The notes under the pieces were generated by a model. That model saw nothing but the letters and a program-made list of their open reading frames with translations, was not told where the DNA came from and did no database searches. A DNA stretch of 64,000 nucleotides from Oscillospiraceae bacterium (GTDB lineage Bacteria; Bacillota; Clostridia; Oscillospirales; CAG-382): contig SVTM01000010.1 in assembly GCA_015063785.1 (NCBI GenBank), positions 9,728 to 73,727 of the forward strand. Reading direction: 5' to 3'. This document shows positions 44,152 through 51,363 of the stretch, piece by piece. Within the stretch, counting starts at the first letter, position 1. Each line of letters opens with the position of its first letter. The position numbers were made by a program, and so were the translations under genes.

Positions 44152-45207
44152 ATGAGAATACTATCCGAAAGCAATCCTCGCGTTGTAATCGAAAAAGAAG
44201 AACTTTTTGTCGACCATTCTGCAAAAACCCGCAGCGGACACCTCGGTCACGCAATGGTCGAATGCAAGGACGGAAGCATTATCTGTTTCTATTCCAACTG
44301 TTCGGGCTACAAGGGTGGCATATACGCAGGTCACACCATGTACGGTTGGGTGGAATATAAGCGTTCTACCGATCGCGGTGTCACCTGGGGCGAGCCTTCT
44401 ATTCTCCAATACAGCTACGATTCTTTTCTCAACGGTGATCAGTTCATCGGTTGCGAAAAGGCTGTTGTCTGCGACGACGGTACCATCGTGCTCTTCTGCC
44501 TGCGCAACACAGGCGGCGATTTCGAACCATACCGTACGCCTATGTGCCTTCTCAGCCACGACAACGGTATAACCTGGTCTGAGCCTATTGAGGTTCACAA
44601 CGAGCGCGGACGTATATATGACGCCATATACCGCAACGGCAGGATATACGTTCTTGAATTCTGCAATTCCACCGACAAGGGATTCACCTGCAACGAAGAA
44701 GGACTTTTCTATAAGATCATCGTCAGCGACGATTGCGGCAAGACCTTCAGCGTGCTTTCCGAGCTTCCCTTCAACACTATGGGACACGCCTACGGCAACC
44801 TCATTTTCCGTCCCGACGGCAGCCTTGTTTTCTACGGCTACAATGTCGATGACGAGTATAATCTCACCTGCCTCATCAGCGAGGACGAGGGCAAGACATG
44901 GGGCGAGCCTTTTAAATCGCACGTTGCAAAGATCGCAAGAAATCCTCAGATTGGATATCTCAACGGCACGTATATCTTGCACGCCAGAAGCGAAAACGGC
45001 GTAAACTTCGTTTTCTATCATTCCAAGGACGGCATCAACTGGGACGAGGGAACTATCGTCAGCGACAAACCTCTCGGAGGTTGCTATTATTCCAACAACA
45101 TCGTCATCAAAGGCGCAGACGGAGTGGACAGACTCCTTGTTCAGTATTCTGAAAACTACGGCCTTTCCCGCGTAAACATCTGCCATGCATGGGTAAGATG
45201 CGAATAA
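44152..45207 (+). CDS. BNR/Asp-box repeat protein (sialidase-like beta-propeller), no signal peptide
   Basis: Five Asp-boxes: STDRGVTW, SHDNGITW, SDDCGKTF, SEDEGKTW, SKDGINW. The ATG at 44152 follows AGGAGA. Confidence 0.7.
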   Translation: MRILSESNPRVVIEKEELFVDHSAKTRSGHLGHAMVECKDGSIICFYSNCSGYKGGIYAGHTMYGWVEYKRSTDRGVTWGEPSILQYSYDSFLNGDQFIGCEKAVVCDDGTIVLFCLRNTGGDFEPYRTPMCLLSHDNGITWSEPIEVHNERGRIYDAIYRNGRIYVLEFCNSTDKGFTCNEEGLFYKIIVSDDCGKTFSVLSELPFNTMGHAYGNLIFRPDGSLVFYGYNVDDEYNLTCLISEDEGKTWGEPFKSHVAKIARNPQIGYLNGTYILHARSENGVNFVFYHSKDGINWDEGTIVSDKPLGGCYYSNNIVIKGADGVDRLLVQYSENYGLSRVNICHAWVRCE

Positions 45208-45226
45208 TTTTGCAGTATAAAACAGA

Positions 45227-45253
45227 AAAGCGAACACATCCGTGTTCGCTTTT
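45227..45253. terminator. Bidirectional terminator
   Basis: aaaagcgaacac-atcc-gtgttcgctttt. Confidence 0.65.
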
Positions 45254-45254
45254 C

Positions 45255-46022
45255 TTATTGTTCGCCTTTTTCGTATTTATAGTTGAAACGAGAAGGGGAA
45301 ACCCCGGTTATCCTTTTAAATTCGGTAGAAAAGTGTTTGTAGTCGCTGTATCCGCACATTTCGGCGATCTCACCGACGGTGTAATAATTAGTCAAAAGCA
45401 ACGCTTCCGCGTGTTTTATGCGTGTGTCGATTATGTGTTTTTTGGGAGATATGCCGTATTCCTCTTTAAAAAGTTTTCTGAAATACGTTTCGCTCATAAA
45501 AGATTGCTTTGCTGCATCTGCCACAGAAAAATCTCGCTTCAGGCAGTTTTTCTGAATATAAAGCACGCCGTCGGCTATTTTTTCGTTCTTGCAGACATCG
45601 GTGTTGTCCCTGTAAAACTGTGCAAATATTTTGTTGAATATGGCGGCACAGTCGCTTTTGTAAGAGATCTCTTTGTTTTCCCAACATTCAAGCAGTTGTC
45701 TGAACATATCTGCATATTTTTGAGGTTGGTCGGGGATAAAGCATTCAAGATTTTTGGATCTGTAATTGAAAGCCTTAAAGTGAACAACTATCAGCTCGTC
45801 CTTTTGCGACACGCGAGTGTACGACAAACCTGACGGAAAATAGCATATCGCATTGTCACACAGTTCGATCTCTTGTTTTCCTGAACTTATTTTCGTTTCG
45901 GACTTGAATCTGAAAGATATGGCATCAAAGTTTCTTTCGGTGTCGGTCTTTTTCTTGAACGATTGATCAAGATAAAAAACGTCGAGTATTTCAAAAAGAA
46001 CGTATTCTTGATCGAAAATCAA
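45255..46022 (-). CDS. AraC-family transcriptional regulator
   Basis: C-terminal double HTH (SETYFRKLFKEEYGISP...VGEIAEMCGYSDYKHFSTEFKRITGVSP). TTG start at 46022 is 6 nt after GGAGGTG. The 5' extension in the track contains a promoter. Confidence 0.75.
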   Translation of the reverse strand: MIFDQEYVLFEILDVFYLDQSFKKKTDTERNFDAISFRFKSETKISSGKQEIELCDNAICYFPSGLSYTRVSQKDELIVVHFKAFNYRSKNLECFIPDQPQKYADMFRQLLECWENKEISYKSDCAAIFNKIFAQFYRDNTDVCKNEKIADGVLYIQKNCLKRDFSVADAAKQSFMSETYFRKLFKEEYGISPKKHIIDTRIKHAEALLLTNYYTVGEIAEMCGYSDYKHFSTEFKRITGVSPSRFNYKYEKGEQ

Positions 46023-46047
46023 AGCTTTCACCTCCGTTTTCGTTATA

Positions 46048-46076
46048 ATGATAGCGTATTTGTTTCGAAAAGTCAA
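46048..46076 (-). promoter_or_regulatory. Candidate promoter of the AraC gene
   Basis: On the minus strand: TTGACT, 17 nt, TATCAT. Confidence 0.45.
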
Positions 46077-46161
46077 CATTTTTACTCATTTTTCGTATGT
46101 CTTTTTGTTGAATTGTGTGTTATTATCAGCATAGACAAAAATTTTCTTTTTGGAGGTAAAA

Positions 46162-47508
46162 ATGGATATTAACGTAAATCGATCTTCCGAACCGTCCGCA
46201 CTTAAGATCACCGATATAAGAGTTGCAAACATCAACGGAGCGCCCAAGCATTGCCCTATCATAAAAATATATACCAATCAGGGCCTTGTCGGTTACGGTG
46301 AGGTTAGAGATGCATCAAGCGCCACCTATGCCCTTATGCTCAAATCAAGACTTGTTGGTGAAAACCCCTGCAACGTCGACAAGCTTTTCCGTCGCATCCG
46401 CCAGTTTGGCGGACATTCGCGCCAGGGCGGCGGAGTATCGGGCATAGAGATCGCCCTCTGGGATCTTGCAGGCAAGGCGTGGGGAGTTCCTCTCTGGCAG
46501 ATGCTCGGCGGGAAATTCCGCGACAAGGTCAGAATGTATTGCGACACAGACGTGGACGGCAAGCACACGGGAACAGATATGGGTAACGCCCTCAAAAAGA
46601 GAATGGAGCAGGGCTTTACTTTTCTTAAAATGGATTTGGGAATCGAGCTTTTGCTCGACGAGCCGGGTTGCCTGAACGCCCCAATCGGGTTTATTGAGGA
46701 TATAAAGAAGTATTCCATGAAAGCTATCAACCACCAGAAGGGCTCGGTCGACATGGACATGATGCTCGGCAAAAACTACGAGGTTTTCACCATTCCCCAT
46801 CACGCAACGGGCATACACCTTACCCAAAAGGGCATGGATTATCTCGAAGATTACGTGCGCCAGATAAGAAACGTCATCGGTTACGAGGTTCCGCTTGCCA
46901 TCGACCATCTCGGCCATATTGCAATAGATGATTGCATCATGTTTGCAAAGCGGCTTGAAAAATACAATATTGCATGGATCGAAGATGTTGCTCCCTGGCA
47001 TTTCACAGACCATTACGTCAAGATATCAAACAGCTGCAACGTTCCGATCTGCACGGGTGAGGATATATTCCTTGCTGAAAATTTCGAGCCTTTGATGAGC
47101 CGAGGAGGCGTTTCTGTTGTTCACCCTGATATGTTGACAATAGGCGGCGCTATGGAAATGAAAAAGCTCGGCAATATGTGCGAAAAATATGGCGTTGCCA
47201 TGGCGATCCACATGGCGGAAAGCCCCATCGCCTGCATGGCGGCTATCCACGCTGCGGCGTCGGTTCAAAACGTTCTTGCGGTAGAGTTTCATTCGGTTGA
47301 TGTTCCGTGGTGGAACGATCTTGCCCTCGGCATCGACAATCCCTTGTTCAAGGATGGCTTTGTAAACGTCCCCGACAAGCCGGGGCTTGGTATTGACGAG
47401 CTTAATGAAGAACTTATCGCCGAGCACATTCACGAAAAATACCCCGGCGTTTTCGAGCCCACCGACGAATGGAATAAGGAATGGGCAAACGACAGAGAGT
47501 GGAGCTGA
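46162..47508 (+). CDS. Enolase-superfamily sugar-acid dehydratase (mannonate/galactonate dehydratase-like)
   Basis: GYGEVRD and GVSGIEIALWDLAGKAWGVPLWQMLGG. The ATG at 46162 follows GGAGG. Confidence 0.8.
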   Translation: MDINVNRSSEPSALKITDIRVANINGAPKHCPIIKIYTNQGLVGYGEVRDASSATYALMLKSRLVGENPCNVDKLFRRIRQFGGHSRQGGGVSGIEIALWDLAGKAWGVPLWQMLGGKFRDKVRMYCDTDVDGKHTGTDMGNALKKRMEQGFTFLKMDLGIELLLDEPGCLNAPIGFIEDIKKYSMKAINHQKGSVDMDMMLGKNYEVFTIPHHATGIHLTQKGMDYLEDYVRQIRNVIGYEVPLAIDHLGHIAIDDCIMFAKRLEKYNIAWIEDVAPWHFTDHYVKISNSCNVPICTGEDIFLAENFEPLMSRGGVSVVHPDMLTIGGAMEMKKLGNMCEKYGVAMAIHMAESPIACMAAIHAAASVQNVLAVEFHSVDVPWWNDLALGIDNPLFKDGFVNVPDKPGLGIDELNEELIAEHIHEKYPGVFEPTDEWNKEWANDREWS

Positions 47509-47511
47509 ATC

Positions 47512-48213
47512 ATGGCTGAATTAAAAATTTGCTGGATAGGTCAAAGCGGATATATCCTATGTGACGGAAAACACGAGATATGTATTGACCCATATCTTTC
47601 GGATGTGGTCGACCGTGTTGCACACCGCGGACGAATGGTGAAAGCACCAATTTTGCCAGAAGATCTGAAAAGCGACGTTGTTGTTTGTACCCACAATCAT
47701 CTTGATCACGTTGATATCGACGCAATCCCTCTGATGAAAAAAGAAAAAATGCTTTTTCTTGCACCGCTGGATGCCAAGGAAACCCTGCTTTCGTGCGGAG
47801 TTACAAAATACCATGCTTTTGACGAGGGTGCAACCTTTGAGCTGGGCGATTTTTCGCTTGAAGCGGTGTTTGCCGACCACACAGTTCCTGCTGTCGGAGT
47901 CCTTGTGAAACATGGTGGAAAAACGTTGTATTTCACCTCCGACACCGAGTACAACGAAAAGCTCGAAAAAATGGCTGAAAGAAATATCGACCTTCTGTTC
48001 GTCTGCATCAACGGAAAGCTCGGAAATATGACTGTTGATGAGGCGGTAAAGCTTACCAAAATAATAAACCCGAAAGTTGGTGTCCCCACTCATTACGGAA
48101 TGTTTGAAAGCAACACCGAAGATCCAAAACGATATACTTCGCGCGTCTCTGCTTCTTTCGAAATGGAGCATGGCAGAGAATATACGATATCGGAGGTGAT
48201 GTCAAATGTTTGA
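47512..48213 (+). CDS. MBL-fold hydrolase (UlaG-like, possible lactonase)
   Basis: CTHNHLDHVD motif. 233 aa. Confidence 0.65.
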   Translation: MAELKICWIGQSGYILCDGKHEICIDPYLSDVVDRVAHRGRMVKAPILPEDLKSDVVVCTHNHLDHVDIDAIPLMKKEKMLFLAPLDAKETLLSCGVTKYHAFDEGATFELGDFSLEAVFADHTVPAVGVLVKHGGKTLYFTSDTEYNEKLEKMAERNIDLLFVCINGKLGNMTVDEAVKLTKIINPKVGVPTHYGMFESNTEDPKRYTSRVSASFEMEHGREYTISEVMSNV

Positions 48214-48934
48214 TCTTACGGGAAAAACCGCCCTTGTTACCGGATCGACCCAGGGGATAGGGTTTGAAATTGCAAAGCTTTTGGCTGATCGCGGAGCAAA
48301 GGTTTTTGTTTCGGGTGCATCGAGCGAAAAAAAGTGCATAGATGCAAGCGCAAAGATCCGGAATTCTGTTCCCGTCAGAGCCGATCTGCGCAGCGATGCC
48401 GATATAGAGCAGCTTTACGAAAAAACAGGTGACGTTGACATTCTTGTTCTAAACGCTTCGATCCAGTACAAAAGGCATTGGGACGAGTATTCGACAAAAG
48501 AACTCGACGATCAGCTAACCTGCAACCTTATGAGCTCGTATTATCTTATCAAAAAGTACACGGATGGAATGAAAAAGAAAAAATGGGGACGCATCGTCAC
48601 CATCGGCAGCGTAAATCAATACAATCAGCATCCCACTCTTTCGTTCTACGCAATAACAAAAGCGGCTTTGTTCAAGATGGTACAGAATATTGCAGGCGAC
48701 CTTGCACCCTTTGGAATCACGGTAAACAACGTTGCCCCCGGAGCAATCGCCACACCGCGTAACGACGACGTTTTGAATAACGAAGAGTTAAAAAAACAGG
48801 TCGAGCAAAAGATCCCTTGCGGATATGTGGGCATTCCTGCCGACGTGGCACCGTCGGTGCTCTTTTTGTGCTCGGACGAGGCAAGATATGTCACGGGCGC
48901 CGAAATACTTGTTGACGGCGGGCTTCATTTGTGA
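48206..48934 (+). CDS. Short-chain dehydrogenase/reductase
   Basis: TGSTQGIG, NAS and YAITKAA. The start overlaps the upstream stop. Confidence 0.85.
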   Translation: MFDLTGKTALVTGSTQGIGFEIAKLLADRGAKVFVSGASSEKKCIDASAKIRNSVPVRADLRSDADIEQLYEKTGDVDILVLNASIQYKRHWDEYSTKELDDQLTCNLMSSYYLIKKYTDGMKKKKWGRIVTIGSVNQYNQHPTLSFYAITKAALFKMVQNIAGDLAPFGITVNNVAPGAIATPRNDDVLNNEELKKQVEQKIPCGYVGIPADVAPSVLFLCSDEARYVTGAEILVDGGLHL

Positions 48935-48996
48935 TGCAGCGTGGGTTTTGTCAGCAAAACATGATCGAATAGGGTTAAAACTGATCGTTTTTGCCC

Positions 48997-49025
48997 TTGA
49001 TTACCTGCAAAATCCATGCTATTAT
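48997..49025 (+). promoter_or_regulatory. Candidate internal promoter before the RraA-like gene
   Basis: TTGATT, 17 nt, TGcTATTAT. Confidence 0.45.
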
Positions 49026-49057
49026 GTCAAATGGTATAATAAAAAGGAGACATGATT

Positions 49058-49966
49058 ATGAATTTTAATAACAGAGAAGAAATAATTGCTCTCACTCCGC
49101 AATGGACGGGCGAAAGACTCCCCGACGGCAGACCGAAGGTTGACGAAAAATACCTGAAGGCTTTAAAGACCCTTACTCTTGAAGAAGTGTGGAAGCCGAT
49201 TTTTGTAAAAGGCTACGAAAGCCAGTTTGAAGGCAGACTTCACACTCTTCACGACGATGGCAGAAAGCTTATCGGCCGCGCTGTCACAGCGATATATTGC
49301 CCTTACCGCCCCGATCTTGACGCCGTGGTCAAAGAAATAGGCAAAAACGAGGGCAGAACCGGCACCTATAATCAGTGGGTAATCGACAATCTGCAGGAAT
49401 ATGACGTTCCTGTCATTGATATGTACGATAAGATATACAAGGGCACGTTCCTTGGCGGAAATCTTACAACAGCCCTTAAGAACAAGACAAAAAACGAAAA
49501 CGGCGGCGCGGTCATCTGGGGCGGCATTCGCGATACCGAGCAGATGAAAAAGATCGAAGACACCCAGGTTTATTACCGTGGCATCGATCCCACCCCCATC
49601 AGAGATTTCATCATGACGGGATATAACACGGTAACACGCATCGGAAACGCCGTTTGTCTTCCCGGTGATGTGGTGTTTGGCGCAGGCGGCGGAGTTCTTT
49701 TTATCCCCAGCCACCTGGTCGAAGAAGTTGTCGGAGGCGCTGCAAAAACTCAGGTTAAGGACCTTTTCGGCTTTGAAATGATAAGCCTGAACAAATTCAC
49801 TCCCTCTCAGATCGACAAAAATACCTGGACGAAGGAAATGCTCGATCTTCTGATGGACTTTATCGAAAAAGACGACAGAGCAGCGGCATATCGCGGACTC
49901 GATTGGTCACAGGAATACTATTTTGCACTAAACGGAGACCCCAACGACACCCAGTCGGCTCTTTGA
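49058..49966 (+). CDS. RraA-family protein (aldolase/decarboxylase-like), long form
   Basis: The GGNLTTALK...GGAVIWGGIRD block is typical of the RraA/HMG-aldolase family. ATG 49058 is spaced better from AAGGAGA than ATG 49052. Confidence 0.55.
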   Translation: MNFNNREEIIALTPQWTGERLPDGRPKVDEKYLKALKTLTLEEVWKPIFVKGYESQFEGRLHTLHDDGRKLIGRAVTAIYCPYRPDLDAVVKEIGKNEGRTGTYNQWVIDNLQEYDVPVIDMYDKIYKGTFLGGNLTTALKNKTKNENGGAVIWGGIRDTEQMKKIEDTQVYYRGIDPTPIRDFIMTGYNTVTRIGNAVCLPGDVVFGAGGGVLFIPSHLVEEVVGGAAKTQVKDLFGFEMISLNKFTPSQIDKNTWTKEMLDLLMDFIEKDDRAAAYRGLDWSQEYYFALNGDPNDTQSAL

Positions 49967-50012
49967 TAGAGCAATTGTTTCGTTTTTTGAAAGATAGTGC
50001 TGTTTTTTCTGA

Positions 50013-50041
50013 TTGATTTTTGCTGCATTGTGTGATATACT
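50013..50041 (+). promoter_or_regulatory. Candidate promoter of the riboswitch-ECF operon
   Basis: TTGATT, 17 nt, TGaTATACT. Confidence 0.5.
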
Positions 50042-50084
50042 GTAACTGGCAAACGTGTTAAGCGTTTTAAAATCAAATATCACA

Positions 50085-50283
50085 CAGAGTGCTCGGTGCA
50101 TCGCAAAGGATTTTATTCCAGGTGTGTCGGGTGAAAAGGGAACACGGTGCGAACCCGTGACGATACCAGTCGCTGTATGCATCAAAGAACGCGCCCTTTC
50201 GTTGAAAAACGGTCATTGGGAAACTGAGAAGGCGTGGGCGCGGGCGTTTTTATTATGTGATGCGAGTCAAAAGACCTGCTCTG
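50085..50283 (+). promoter_or_regulatory. Cobalamin (B12) riboswitch aptamer
   Basis: GGTGAAAAGGGAACACGGTGCGAACCCGTG core, CGCTGTA, CATTGGGAA...GAGAAGG, and B12 box GAGTCAAAAGACCTGCT (50264-50280). P1 pairs cagag (50085-89) with ctctg (50279-83). Confidence 0.75.
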
Positions 50284-50418
50284 ATGCTCTTTCCGCACGT
50301 GCCACGGCACAGGAAAGGGTGGTTCTGTTCGGCGCTGACGCTTTTTTAAAAAAGTGATATCAGGGCTTTGTTGTCTTATCAAATTGCGTCCGAACGATTG
50401 TGTTGAGCGGAAAAACTG

Positions 50419-50457
50419 CCGCGGAGGATCATTTGTCCTCCGCGGTTTTTATTTTTT
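50419..50457 (+). terminator. Strong intrinsic terminator in the riboswitch leader (expression platform)
   Basis: ccgcggagga-tcatttg-tcctccgcgg followed by TTTTTATTTTTT. It ends 18 nt before the ecfT ATG. Confidence 0.75.
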
Positions 50458-50475
50458 GAAAAAGGAGGCGGGAAA

Positions 50476-51363
50476 ATGATAGGCTTCAACTCATATCATC
50501 CTTTTGTAAACTTGTTGTATTTTGTTTTTGTCATCGGATTTTCAATGTTTTTCATGAATCCCGTCTGCCTTGGTATTTCATTTTTCTGCTCGTTTGTCTG
50601 TTCGGTGTTGTTCGGCGGAAAAAAAGCGATAAGAACAAATCTTTTGTATATGCTGCCGATGATGATTTTTATGTCGGTCACAAATCCGCTTTTCAACCAC
50701 AACGGAGCAACGATAATAAGATATCTGCCAAGCGGAAATCCGCTGACCGTCGAATCTATCCTCTACGGATTTTTTGCCTCTTTGATGATCATCAGCGTGA
50801 TTTCATGGTTTTCTTTTTACAACAAGGTGATGACGAGCGACAAGTTTATATATCTTTTCGGCAAGGTCATACCTTCGCTTGCGCTCATCATCTCAATGAC
50901 TCTGCGCTTTGTTCCACGATTTTTGGCTCAGATGCGCAGCGTTTCAAACGCCCGTCGGTGCATTGGCCGCGACCTTTCAAAGGGAAAGCTTACAAAGCGC
51001 ATAAGAAACGGGCTTGATATTATTTCTGTCATGGTTACCTGGAGCCTTGAAAACGCAGTGGATACCTCAGACAGTATGCGCTCTCGCGGATACGGGCTTG
51101 AGGGAAGATCCTCTTTTTCAATATTCAGATTTGACAAACGAGATGCAGCAGCCCTTGCGTATATTGCACTTTTTGGTGTTTTCACACTGGTGTGCGGAAT
51201 ATCGGGCGGAATGGATTTCAGATTTTTTCCGACGTTCAGGATGTCGCCGCCGTCATTTTTGGGCATCAGCGGCTATATTTCATATTTTTTACTCTGCATT
51301 TGCCCCGTGATAATTGAAATTTGGGAGGTGAGAAGATGGAATGCTTCAAGGTCGAAAATCTAA
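50476..51363 (+). CDS. ECF transporter transmembrane (T) component, CbiQ/EcfT family
   Basis: Multi-TM protein with the conserved R-x-x-x-R-G-type coupling region (SMRSRGY). Located upstream of the ATPase gene. Confidence 0.75.
   Translation: MIGFNSYHPFVNLLYFVFVIGFSMFFMNPVCLGISFFCSFVCSVLFGGKKAIRTNLLYMLPMMIFMSVTNPLFNHNGATIIRYLPSGNPLTVESILYGFFASLMIISVISWFSFYNKVMTSDKFIYLFGKVIPSLALIISMTLRFVPRFLAQMRSVSNARRCIGRDLSKGKLTKRIRNGLDIISVMVTWSLENAVDTSDSMRSRGYGLEGRSSFSIFRFDKRDAAALAYIALFGVFTLVCGISGGMDFRFFPTFRMSPPSFLGISGYISYFLLCICPVIIEIWEVRRWNASRSKI

Noticed and set aside
44161-45237. 358-aa minus-strand ORF
   Set aside because: It is antisense to the BNR-repeat gene, whose five Asp-boxes fix the coding strand.
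50331-50347. Weak hairpin plus T6 as the riboswitch terminator
   Set aside because: The stem is only 3 bp. The 10-bp-stem terminator at 50419-50457 is far more convincing. This one is kept only as a possible secondary pause site.
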